Positions 8,307-16,678 of a stretch of DNA of 32,697 bases are shown piece after piece. A model generated the notes under the pieces. That model did no database searches and was not told where the DNA came from. It was given only the letters and a program-made list of their open reading frames with translations. A program made the position numbers and the translations under genes. The DNA comes from Minisyncoccota bacterium (lineage in GTDB: Bacteria > Patescibacteriota > Minisyncoccia > Phycocordibacterales > GCA-2747955): assembly GCA_020629435.1 (NCBI GenBank), contig JAHDDI010000003.1, positions 24,075 to 56,771 of the forward strand, given 5' to 3'. Positions within the stretch are counted from its first letter, which is position 1. The number at the start of each line of letters is the position of its first letter.

Positions 8307-8912
8307 TTAACGAGTGTAGTACTCAATAATTCGTTTGAGATCAAAATCATAGATAGTTGTCTCAGGTAGTGATGTAATAGATGCGGTCAGGTTTTTTAAA
8401 TCAAGATTCATCCAAGCGGGTGCTTTGTAATCTTTCTTCTTTGCAGCCAAACCATCAAATAGTACACTTCCCTGTGATCCTTCTCGTACAGTAATGATAT
8501 CTCCTTCTTTTACAGCAATAGACGGAACTGTTACCTTTCGTCCGTTATACATAATGTGTCCATGAGAAACCATTTGTCGTGCCATTCGTCGAGTATCTGC
8601 CAGTCCTGCTCGGTATACTACTGAATCAAGTCGTCGTTCCAATAGTTGATACAGAGATGCGTTTGTATCAGCTTTCACTGAAAGCGCTTGTTTAACGTAA
8701 TTCGCTAGGTGCTTTTCTTTTAAACCATAAGTCAGACGTAGTTTTTGTTTCTCCAATAACTGTTTAGAGTACTCAGAACCTTGTCGTGGTCGACGAGATC
8801 CTGGCCCTGTTTTACGATTTTGTTGTCGCAATGCAAACTTTTGTGTTTGTGTTTTTTCAAAGATTGCTCCGAGTCTTCGTGCAATTTTGTATTTTGGTCC
8901 AATTTTCAACAT
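8307..8912 (-). CDS. rpsD: 30S ribosomal protein S4
   Basis: GPKYKIARRLG, SEYSKQLLEKQK, LERRLDSVVYR, ARQMVSHGH and IIEYY.R. Confidence 0.97.
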   Translation of the reverse strand: MLKIGPKYKIARRLGAIFEKTQTQKFALRQQNRKTGPGSRRPRQGSEYSKQLLEKQKLRLTYGLKEKHLANYVKQALSVKADTNASLYQLLERRLDSVVYRAGLADTRRMARQMVSHGHIMYNGRKVTVPSIAVKEGDIITVREGSQGSVLFDGLAAKKKDYKAPAWMNLDLKNLTASITSLPETTIYDFDLKRIIEYYTR

Positions 8913-8942
8913 ACTAATTTGTTATATAGAATCTAATAATAA

Positions 8943-9377
8943 TTACACTCGTCGTGGTTTTCGAGCCTTGGGTCCATTGTGCGGTACCGGTGTATTGTCT
9001 TTAATTGTTTTTATCTCAATTCCTTTTGTGATAAAAGCTCGAACTGCCGATTCACGACCTGCTCCTACTCCCTTAACAATAACGTCGACTTCTTTAACAC
9101 CAGCTGTAAGTGCCTGTTCACCAATTAACTCTCCTACTTTTGCAGCTGCAAAAGGAGTACCTTTTTTGGCACCTTTAAATCCAAGTGCTCCAGCTGATGA
9201 AGTAAAGAACATGTTTCCTTCTGCATCTGTTAATGAAACTCGAGTGTTATTGTATGTTGATTCAACATGTAATATACCCGATGCTAGTTTTCGTTTACCA
9301 CCTCGAGAAATTGCTCGAGATCGCAATGCGTTGTTTTTATTATCACCCCCTTTCGAAATGATTCTCTTTTTACCCAT
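8943..9377 (-). CDS. rpsK: 30S ribosomal protein S11
   Basis: STYNNT, GFKGAKKGTPFAA, GRESA.RA and D.TPVPHNG. Confidence 0.97.
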   Translation of the reverse strand: MGKKRIISKGGDNKNNALRSRAISRGGKRKLASGILHVESTYNNTRVSLTDAEGNMFFTSSAGALGFKGAKKGTPFAAAKVGELIGEQALTAGVKEVDVIVKGVGAGRESAVRAFITKGIEIKTIKDNTPVPHNGPKARKPRRV

Positions 9378-9404
9378 AACTATATGCTAACTAATAATAA
9401 TGTA

Positions 9405-9785
9405 TTAAGTCTTTGAAACTTTAACTCGTCCACTACCCATGGTTGCTCGAGAATTCCCTCGACGAGTTCGTGAATTTGTTTTTGTATTTTGTCCTCGAGA
9501 TGGCAATCCACGTGAATGTCGCATTCCTCTGTAAGACTGAATATCAATAAGACGTTTTACATTGGCTGCTCGTTCTCGTTTTAGGTCACCTTCAATTTGC
9601 ATTGCTTCGATCATTGACCGAATTGCAGATTCTTGTTCTTCAGTAACATCTGATGCACGAGTTCCGTGATCAACACCACATTCATCCAAGATTCGTTTTG
9701 CCTGTGCCCGACCTACTCCATAGACAGACGTCAAAGAAATCTCTAGACGTTTGTTGTCGGGGATTGTAATTCCTGCTATACGCAT
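9405..9785 (-). CDS. rpsM: 30S ribosomal protein S13
   Basis: MRIAGITIP, YGVG, EGDL and YRGMRH.RGLPSRGQNTKTN. Confidence 0.97.
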   Translation of the reverse strand: MRIAGITIPDNKRLEISLTSVYGVGRAQAKRILDECGVDHGTRASDVTEEQESAIRSMIEAMQIEGDLKRERAANVKRLIDIQSYRGMRHSRGLPSRGQNTKTNSRTRRGNSRATMGSGRVKVSKT

Positions 9786-9839
9786 AATCTATTTACTAAT
9801 CTATATTAAATAATAAAAAACTACGTCAAAGATATATGA

Positions 9840-9965
9840 CTATCCTTGTCGTTGTTTATGTCGTCCACCGTTTTGTGGATCTGAACAAATATTGTACAAT
9901 CGTCCGTTTCTTCGGATAACTTTACAATATTTACAGATTGTTTTTACTGAAGCTTTTACTTTCAT
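9840..9965 (-). CDS. rpmJ: 50S ribosomal protein L36 (41 aa, Zn-ribbon type)
   Basis: Not in the ORF track. Manual translation [41 protein letters not shown]; lies between infA and rpsM. Confidence 0.95.
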   Translation of the reverse strand: MKVKASVKTICKYCKVIRRNGRLYNICSDPQNGGRHKQRQG

Positions 9966-9966
9966 T

Positions 9967-10182
9967 TTATAATCGTTTAACTATTCGACCCTTTCCCCCA
10001 TAGGGATCCATCATCACATCAACTTTATCTCCTACTAGCACGCGGATTCGGTGCAGCTTCATCTTCCCACCTAAGTAGGCGATGTGTTCGCTTCCGTCTT
10101 CCATTTCTAGACGGAACATAGTGTTCGGTAATGCTTCTGTGACTACTCCTATTTGGTTGTTTTCTTCTGATACTTTTGCCAT
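9967..10182 (-). CDS. infA: Translation initiation factor IF-1
   Basis: [29 protein letters not shown] and KGRIV.R. Confidence 0.96.
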   Translation of the reverse strand: MAKVSEENNQIGVVTEALPNTMFRLEMEDGSEHIAYLGGKMKLHRIRVLVGDKVDVMMDPYGGKGRIVKRL

Positions 10183-10266
10183 AAATGGTACGCGGGATTA
10201 TAGCAGACTATATACATACCGCAAGTACCCGTCTGTATAAAATGTGAATACAGTTTTTATATATAA

Positions 10267-10297
10267 AAAGCCCGCCGAAACAATAACGGCGGACTTT
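10267..10297 (-). terminator. Intrinsic terminator downstream of the LysR gene
   Basis: Minus strand aaagtccgccg-ttattgttt-cggcgggcttt followed by further Ts. Confidence 0.75.
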
Positions 10298-10315
10298 ATT
10301 TTCAGATTCATTGAC

Positions 10316-11221
10316 TTACCAATTATTTGCAGTCTTCTTTGCAAATGAATGGACAAGGAAATCAATGAACGTGCGAACCTTGGGCTGCGTGAAACGACCC
10401 GAAGGATACACCGCATAGATACCCTGGGTCTCGAACGGAAGACCAGGAATCGCTTCTTCGACCAGACCCTTCTCTAGTGCATCCGCGCAGAGGAACGACG
10501 GAAGGTACGCGATACCGAGGCCCGAGACCGCTGCATTCAACAGGGACTGACCGTCGTTAACCGTCAACCAACCTGTTGTGCGCACCTGACGCTTTTCGCC
10601 AGATGGCGCTGTTAGTTTCCAAACAGCTGAATTTGCCTGATTGGAATAGTGCAGCAACTTGTGGTCGTTCAGATCGTCGATCTTTTGAGGGCGACCGTAT
10701 TGCTCAAGGTAACCTGGAGAGGCAACCATGCGACGCGAAGTTTCCGCCAGCTTGCGAGCGCGCAATGTACTGTCTTCCATTTCCCCAATGCGTATCGCCA
10801 TGTCGAACCCCTCACCGATCAGTTCAGCATGTCGGTTGTTGAGAACCATGTTCACTGTGATATCAGGAAATTCACTCAGGAATTCACCAAGAATGGGTGA
10901 GATATGATTCACTCCAAAATCAGTTGCGACACTGATCCGTAACAGGCCCGTCGGGACTGATTGCATCGAAGTCACCAGCGCATCTGCTTCACCCGCATCG
11001 TTAAGAACGCGACGAGCGCGGTCGTAATACGCCAGACCAATTTCAGTTGGACTAACACGACGTGTTGTCCGATTCAGTAACCGTGCACCAAGACGAACCT
11101 CAAGACTTGAGACGTGTTTCGAGACGGCGGATTTTGAAATCCCCATCTTTTTCCCTGCGTCAGTAAATCCACCTTGATCCACAACTGTGGCAAAAGCTTC
11201 CATTTCAGTCAAACGATCCAT
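10316..11221 (-). CDS. LysR-family transcriptional regulator (CrgA/DmlR-like)
   Basis: N-terminal HTH (GGFTDAG..ISKSAVSKHVSSLE.RLG.RLL.RTTRRV) and C-terminal PKVR.FIDFL; GC content is visibly higher than the flanks. Confidence 0.93.
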   Translation of the reverse strand: MDRLTEMEAFATVVDQGGFTDAGKKMGISKSAVSKHVSSLEVRLGARLLNRTTRRVSPTEIGLAYYDRARRVLNDAGEADALVTSMQSVPTGLLRISVATDFGVNHISPILGEFLSEFPDITVNMVLNNRHAELIGEGFDMAIRIGEMEDSTLRARKLAETSRRMVASPGYLEQYGRPQKIDDLNDHKLLHYSNQANSAVWKLTAPSGEKRQVRTTGWLTVNDGQSLLNAAVSGLGIAYLPSFLCADALEKGLVEEAIPGLPFETQGIYAVYPSGRFTQPKVRTFIDFLVHSFAKKTANNW

Positions 11222-11353
11222 AAATTATACCTGTATTAGTGTCTCGTACTAGCGACACTCCTTAATTTCAGCTGGGCACTACACCAGCTATATTCTCATT
11301 TCGAGAAGTTTCATCTGGCGCTAGGTTATATGATTTTAAATATAAGTCAACTA

Positions 11354-12445
11354 TTATAATAATTTTGAGATATCAAATACAGTCACAACCAGCATTAATC
11401 CAATCAGAAACGCAAAGCCCGTGATATTAACGTACATAAACCACTTTGGATTTACAGGTCTTCGAATAACGGACTCTACGGCAACAAACACTAGTCGTCC
11501 CCCGTCCAATGCAGGAATCGGCAATAAATTAAATATAGCCAAGTTCAGAGACAACACTGCCAAGAACCACACGAAATCATTGACCCCCGCTGTAAATGAT
11601 TCCCCTGCAATTCCGGCTATACCCACAGGTCCAGCCAATCCGGATGTATCTGCGCTCCCCGTAAATAACCCACTAATTAAATCCGCAAACGCATAGATTA
11701 TTGTTATTGAAAAATCCCAAGTCATGACTGCTCCCGACATGACAGCTTCAAAAAATGGTAACTGCACAGTCCCAATATCATCTAACACAAGACCGACAAT
11801 TTGACTGTCATTGTATGACTGAGTTCCAACTGTCACTGATTGCACTTGGTCTGTTTCTGCATCAATATAGTTAATGGTAATCGGCTCTGAACTGTTATCT
11901 TTAATGAATTCTGTTAACTCATCGGAGTTTCCAATAAACTCTTGGCCCTGAACCTGTAGAGACGCGATGACGTCTGTCATTTCTATACCCGCTTGTGCAG
12001 CAGGATAATCGGGCAATACAGAAACCGCCATAACCCGCGCATCTTGTAATTGAGCATCAGGAAACTGAACTTGAGACACCTCGGTGCCACGCATTAACAA
12101 AAAACTGAAAAGCAACCAGGCAAGAATAAAATTAAATAATACCCCGCCAAATAACACTAGTGCCTGATACATGCGTGGCCGGTTATAAAACGCGGTTGGA
12201 TTGTTTTTATCATTCTCGACTTCTTCTGAACCGTTTTCCCCCCAGATTTTGACATACCCACCGATAGGTATAGCCCCCAATACATAGTTTGTCTGCCCCC
12301 ACTTTTTTTGCACAATTGTCGGTTTGAATCCAACAGCAAATTCGTCCACACGACACCCAGTGGCTTTTGCAATTAAGAAGTGCCCTAGTTCGTGTACAAA
12401 GACTAAAATTGTAATAACGATAATTAACGCAAAAAATGATGTCAT
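11354..12445 (-). CDS. rseP: RIP metalloprotease RseP (M50 family, with PDZ domain)
   Basis: HELGH, GAIPIGGYVK and NLLPIPALDGG. Start set at the ATG at 12445, 9 nt after TGcTACAAT. Confidence 0.92.
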   Translation of the reverse strand: MTSFFALIIVITILVFVHELGHFLIAKATGCRVDEFAVGFKPTIVQKKWGQTNYVLGAIPIGGYVKIWGENGSEEVENDKNNPTAFYNRPRMYQALVLFGGVLFNFILAWLLFSFLLMRGTEVSQVQFPDAQLQDARVMAVSVLPDYPAAQAGIEMTDVIASLQVQGQEFIGNSDELTEFIKDNSSEPITINYIDAETDQVQSVTVGTQSYNDSQIVGLVLDDIGTVQLPFFEAVMSGAVMTWDFSITIIYAFADLISGLFTGSADTSGLAGPVGIAGIAGESFTAGVNDFVWFLAVLSLNLAIFNLLPIPALDGGRLVFVAVESVIRRPVNPKWFMYVNITGFAFLIGLMLVVTVFDISKLL

Positions 12446-12458
12446 AATTCTGCAATTG

Positions 12459-12507
12459 TAGCACAAGAAAAAACAAGAATAACTATTCTTGTTTTTTTCT
12501 TGTGCTA
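12459..12507. terminator. Long AT-rich inverted repeat, probable terminator of frr
   Basis: tagcacaagaaaaaacaagaata pairs with tattcttgtttttttcttgtgcta (one bulge); it overlaps the rseP -10 element. Confidence 0.65.
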
Positions 12508-12513
12508 GGTTAT

Positions 12514-13059
12514 TTATTCTCGAATTTCGGCTTCTTTGTTTTTAAACAAATCTTCTAATTGTTCATTTGTTTTTTTGACCATATCTTCCATGTCTTCTTT
12601 CTGTGAATATTTTTCATCCTCTGATATATCCCCCACTTTTTCTTGTTCTTGTATTGTGTTCCATACATGGTCTCGTTCTTTTCTTGCAGAAATACGTGCT
12701 TGTTCTAGTTTTTCTTTTGCTAGTTTGACCATCATGTCTCGACGTTCAGATGTCAGGTCTGGAAAAATAACACGTACCCCTGTGTCTCCGCCAACGATAG
12801 ACAACCCTAGTCCTGCATCAACCAATGCTTTTTCTATTTCTTTCACTTGGTTTTTGTCATAAGGAGAAACCAGCAAAGATTTTGGTCCCTCTATTCCGAT
12901 GTTTGCCACCTGCATGATAGGTGTCATTGCGCCGTATGCAGACACCATTACACCATCTAAAATTGCTGGCGCTGCCTGCCCTGTTCGAATAGTCTGAAAT
13001 TCTGATCGCAACCATTCTACTACTGCTTGTAATTCTTTTGTAAATTGTGTTTTATCCAT
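12514..13059 (-). CDS. frr: Ribosome recycling factor
   Basis: IRTG.A.PAILD.V.V..YG, P.LTSERR, AR..R.R, ISED and K.KE.EI. Confidence 0.95.
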   Translation of the reverse strand: MDKTQFTKELQAVVEWLRSEFQTIRTGQAAPAILDGVMVSAYGAMTPIMQVANIGIEGPKSLLVSPYDKNQVKEIEKALVDAGLGLSIVGGDTGVRVIFPDLTSERRDMMVKLAKEKLEQARISARKERDHVWNTIQEQEKVGDISEDEKYSQKEDMEDMVKKTNEQLEDLFKNKEAEIRE

Positions 13060-13122
13060 ATATATTATTTCGTTTTCTGATGTGTGTCATTATATCATGA
13101 CAATCTATTTTTTTTTGTAATC

Positions 13123-13151
13123 AAAAAGGAGCAGTCTTCAAACCGCTCCCT
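13123..13151 (-). terminator. Intrinsic terminator after 13179..13592
   Basis: Minus strand ggagcggt-ttgaag-actgctcc-ttttt. Confidence 0.7.
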
Positions 13152-13178
13152 AAACATTTAGACTTTATATCACTTATT

Positions 13179-13592
13179 CTATTGGGTCGTTTCCCCTATA
13201 ACTCTGCGTTTAAACGTTTTCACCCACCATGTATATGACAATGGCGACTTGATAACCATCATCCACAAAGATTCAAAAAAATCTTCTTTCAAACGAGAGT
13301 GCTCTTTCAGAGCCACCAATCTTTCCTTTACACTTCCAAAGGAAAAGATAAGGAGAAGAGATCCCACAAGAGACAGAATGAGCCCCCCAATTATGATGTA
13401 CAATACCCACGGCAAGTACAGCGCCGCACGATGGACGATTGTTTCACCAGAGAATGTACCTCTAAGTTGCCTAATGTGGTACCAATAGATAATTGTGACG
13501 ACAGCCCCACCCAGAAACCAAGCCAGAATAACCCCCAAAACAAAAATGTTTCCAATAGTAATAGTTTCCATGTTTTTTACCTCAATGTTCAT
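13179..13592 (-). CDS. Hypothetical membrane protein (about 2 TM segments); start uncertain
   Basis: Two hydrophobic stretches, same strand as neighbours, followed by a terminator. Confidence 0.55.
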   Translation of the reverse strand: MNIEVKNMETITIGNIFVLGVILAWFLGGAVVTIIYWYHIRQLRGTFSGETIVHRAALYLPWVLYIIIGGLILSLVGSLLLIFSFGSVKERLVALKEHSRLKEDFFESLWMMVIKSPLSYTWWVKTFKRRVIGETTQ

Positions 13593-13658
13593 TTTACTTT
13601 TACAACTGCAAAAGCTTCAATCGGTATTAAAACACAAAGATAACATAACGCAATATCT

Positions 13659-14522
13659 CTATCTGTTGATGGAACACTGCGGACCGACACACTTACGGAC
13701 TAAATTTATCTCGTCAAATATTTTTTGTTTTTTATTTTTTGGAACCAAATGACCTGCTTCGTGAATTAACCGTGCATCATTATCCATTAATTCTTGGCAC
13801 AGCACCACACCTTGATTTAAAAAATGTTGTTTTTGTTTTTTAGTTAAACTAGACAGACAAGTCAGTGGATGTATCCCCGACTCAATAATGAGATCATGTA
13901 AATTCCCTCGCCCCTTTCGTGGGTAATTCCAGCCAATCAATTCTATTCCTGCACATTCACCGTATGCAATTGCATTAGAAGAAAATTTTGTATTAGTAAT
14001 TATTGCCAAACGTTGTTTTTTATCTCCATAAAAACCACCTGCAATTAGGTCATCAAAACGTGCGCGCACATATAGGGTAACTTTTAAATCGGTTTTAATA
14101 GTTAGTTTATTATGAAATTTTAATTCTGCTGTAAATATCTCATCTTCAGTTTTTCCAATAACATCCATTTCGTGTGAAACACAACGTCCTTTTAGTTTTT
14201 TACCTACCTCAATTGTATATCCCTTTAATCGGAATACTTCTCCCACAAATTTCTCGAACGGAAACCCTGATGGTCCAAATTCTGAAATTGCTCGTCGTAG
14301 TGAGTATCGAAAATTTACTTCAGGGGTATGTAATTTTTTGTCTAATAATTTAAAGGCGCGTTTATAGATATGTGTTGTGGTTATACCATCATGTAGTTCT
14401 GACTCAATATGATTAATGATTGAATCAATTGTGGTTTCATCTGCACCCGATCTTTCCAAAGATCCATATAGTTTACTTGCGTCAAATTCTTCCTGCGTTC
14501 CATCCATTTTAGTTACTTGCAT
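13659..14522 (-). CDS. ATP-cone domain fused to an Mrr-like PD-(D/E)XK nuclease domain
   Basis: N-terminal VTK.DG..E.FD.SKL..SL.RSGA ATP cone, then GPSGFPFEKFVGE, HEMDV..ELKFH and TNTKFS.NA..YG. Start set at the ATG at 14522. Confidence 0.8.
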   Translation of the reverse strand: MQVTKMDGTQEEFDASKLYGSLERSGADETTIDSIINHIESELHDGITTTHIYKRAFKLLDKKLHTPEVNFRYSLRRAISEFGPSGFPFEKFVGEVFRLKGYTIEVGKKLKGRCVSHEMDVIGKTEDEIFTAELKFHNKLTIKTDLKVTLYVRARFDDLIAGGFYGDKKQRLAIITNTKFSSNAIAYGECAGIELIGWNYPRKGRGNLHDLIIESGIHPLTCLSSLTKKQKQHFLNQGVVLCQELMDNDARLIHEAGHLVPKNKKQKIFDEINLVRKCVGPQCSINR

Positions 14523-14573
14523 ACATCTAATTATCACCGATGAAATACCATAGCGCATCTAAATATTGGGGAT

Positions 14574-14607
14574 AAGAAATAAAAGCGCATGCGCGCTTTT
14601 ATTTCTT
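14574..14607. terminator. Terminator of pilT
   Basis: Perfect 15-bp stem aagaaataaaagcgc-atgc-gcgcttttatttctt. Confidence 0.75.
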
Positions 14608-14610
14608 GTC

Positions 14611-15669
14611 TTATAACATTCGCTCTAAATTTTTACTTCGAGGACTGTATTTATATGCATCTTCTACCGAGATTTCTCCTGCTCGTACCAAGTCAGATAA
14701 TGACCTGTTGAGAGATATCATCCCCTGATCTGATGATGTTTCTATGAATGAGTCGATTTCGTGTGTTCGTCCTTCGCGAATTAAGTTCGCTACAGCATTA
14801 TTGTTAATCAATAATTCATAGGCAGGAACTCGACCACCTGAAATAGAAGGAATCAACCGCTGCGAGAATATTCCCGTCAGAGTACCAGCCAACTGTGTTC
14901 GAATTTGTTTTTGCTGATCACCAGGGAAAATATCAATAATACGGTCAACTGTCTGTGATGCATTGTTTGTGTGCAGTGTCGAGAAAACCATGTGCCCCGT
15001 CTCCGCAGCAGTGATAGCAGCCTCAATAGTTTCAGGTCCACGCATCTCTCCTACAAGTAACACGTCGATGTCTTGCCTAAATGCACTACGCAGTGCGATT
15101 GCAAAATTTTCTGTATCAAACCCCACTTCCCGTTGGTCAATAATAGACTGTTTCTGAGAATAGATATACTCAATAGGGTCTTCGATTGTTACGATATGTT
15201 CATTTCTGTTTGAATTGATCATTTCTATCATAGTTGAGAGCGTAGTTGATTTACCATGACCTGTCGGCCCCACCACCAAAAAGAACCCTTGGGTCTTTTT
15301 GGTAAACGTTTCTAGGATTGGAGGCAGTCTGAGCTCTTCTAGAGTTTTTACCTCATTGTTGATTTGACGTAGGGCAATAGAGATATGTCCTTGTTGGAAA
15401 AATGCATTTCCTCGAAACCGAACTCCTCCTGCCTCAAATGCAAAGTCAAGTTCCTTTTTCTGAATAAATTTTTCACGTTGCTCTGGTGTCACCAACATAA
15501 ACAAAAGTTCATTGATTTGAGCCTTGTTTAATTGTAGCGACCGAGTAATAGGGATCAGGGTTCCTGAGACACGAATAGTCGGATACCGACCTTCTGATAG
15601 GTGTAGGTCAGATGCGGATTCAGATATTACTATCTGAATTAAATTTTTGAGTTCTTGTTTGATGTCCAT
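14611..15669 (-). CDS. pilT: Type IV pilus retraction ATPase PilT
   Basis: ASDLHL, GPTGHGKSTT, TIEDPIE, QREVG, GEMR, AAETGH.V.STLHT and AVANLIRE. Start set at the ATG at 15669, 7 nt after TATACT. Confidence 0.92.
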   Translation of the reverse strand: MDIKQELKNLIQIVISESASDLHLSEGRYPTIRVSGTLIPITRSLQLNKAQINELLFMLVTPEQREKFIQKKELDFAFEAGGVRFRGNAFFQQGHISIALRQINNEVKTLEELRLPPILETFTKKTQGFFLVVGPTGHGKSTTLSTMIEMINSNRNEHIVTIEDPIEYIYSQKQSIIDQREVGFDTENFAIALRSAFRQDIDVLLVGEMRGPETIEAAITAAETGHMVFSTLHTNNASQTVDRIIDIFPGDQQKQIRTQLAGTLTGIFSQRLIPSISGGRVPAYELLINNNAVANLIREGRTHEIDSFIETSSDQGMISLNRSLSDLVRAGEISVEDAYKYSPRSKNLERML

Positions 15670-15742
15670 ATACATTAGTATAAAAGATTTTATGTAAAAT
15701 AAAAATCAATACCTTAACAAATTACAACACATTGAAAAAAAA

Positions 15743-16678
15743 TTAGCTATTGAGAAAATCAATAATTTCATTTTTTCTGCTTCCAATCACTTCTCTTCCG
15801 TGGTAATAATTATCTTCTAAAACCGGCAATGCATTGTCAGTAGTCCCTCCAATCTTTCTTTGTGGTTCAATAATCAAAACATACCCTTGTGCAACATAAT
15901 TCCTGAGAATTCGCATGGTTTTTCTTTCACGGTACCCTTTGAGTGCTAGCGAACCCAAGGAAAATAAATTTTTGCGATAGCGCTTTATAAAAACCATTAA
16001 AAACAATTGCAAGCATGCAATGGCCATATAAAATAACACATGATTTATTGATCCAGTTTTATTTGAATTAATAAGTAATAGGGTTTTTTTGTTCGTATCA
16101 ATACTTCTTAGGTCAAAGGTAGTTATCGCTGAGGCATCACTATATAAACGCTCATTAATTAATACATCTCGTTCATATCCAAACGGCATTGCCATCGATG
16201 CCTTTATGAACAAATGTATATTTTCAGCTGTTAAGTGTATTTCTGATTCTTCTGTGTTCCCTACCAATACATTTCTCTTTTCGGTGTGGTCGTAGACAAA
16301 AAATGAATACTGCGTACTGCTCGATAGTATATTATCAACATCCAGCGGGAACTGTTTTTTAAAAACATCGTCAACCAAATAATCAATATCAACCATGGGT
16401 TGTTCAGAAACAATATTTGAAAATTTCATGAACCGGTCATCTGATAATGCAGATGTCCATAACTGTAGTGAATTTTTACTGAACTGATCAGGTGAAGAGA
16501 TTAGACACATCATTGACCCCACACCAGCAGATGAGCCATGCGCAACATGTATATTATTGCCCAGTCCTCCTGATAACATGCCATCAAGCGCAGCGGCCGT
16601 TCCACAAGAGAAACCAGCAGCTGCACCACCCCCTGCAAAATTCAAATTAAAAGAATTTTTTAATACAGCACTCTGCAT
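15743..16678 (-). CDS. Patatin-like phospholipase
   Basis: Gly-rich AGGGAAAG, nucleophile elbow GSSAG, ASMAMP and a catalytic-Asp-like YSDAS. Confidence 0.72.
   Translation of the reverse strand: MQSAVLKNSFNLNFAGGGAAAGFSCGTAAALDGMLSGGLGNNIHVAHGSSAGVGSMMCLISSPDQFSKNSLQLWTSALSDDRFMKFSNIVSEQPMVDIDYLVDDVFKKQFPLDVDNILSSSTQYSFFVYDHTEKRNVLVGNTEESEIHLTAENIHLFIKASMAMPFGYERDVLINERLYSDASAITTFDLRSIDTNKKTLLLINSNKTGSINHVLFYMAIACLQLFLMVFIKRYRKNLFSLGSLALKGYRERKTMRILRNYVAQGYVLIIEPQRKIGGTTDNALPVLEDNYYHGREVIGSRKNEIIDFLNS

Noticed and set aside
10198-10416. 72-aa ORF overlapping the LysR 3' end
   Set aside because: It is an alternative frame that runs through the LysR terminator and the infA promoter.
11159-11168. 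10-nt match (gtcagtaaat) between the LysR gene and the module at 30158-30167
   Set aside because: A 10-mer match somewhere in 32 kb on two strands is expected by chance, and it does not extend without gaps.
10255-11346. Target-site duplication or IS ends flanking the LysR cassette
   Set aside because: Only short AT-rich matches such as atataa are present, with no terminal inverted repeats or transposase remnant.
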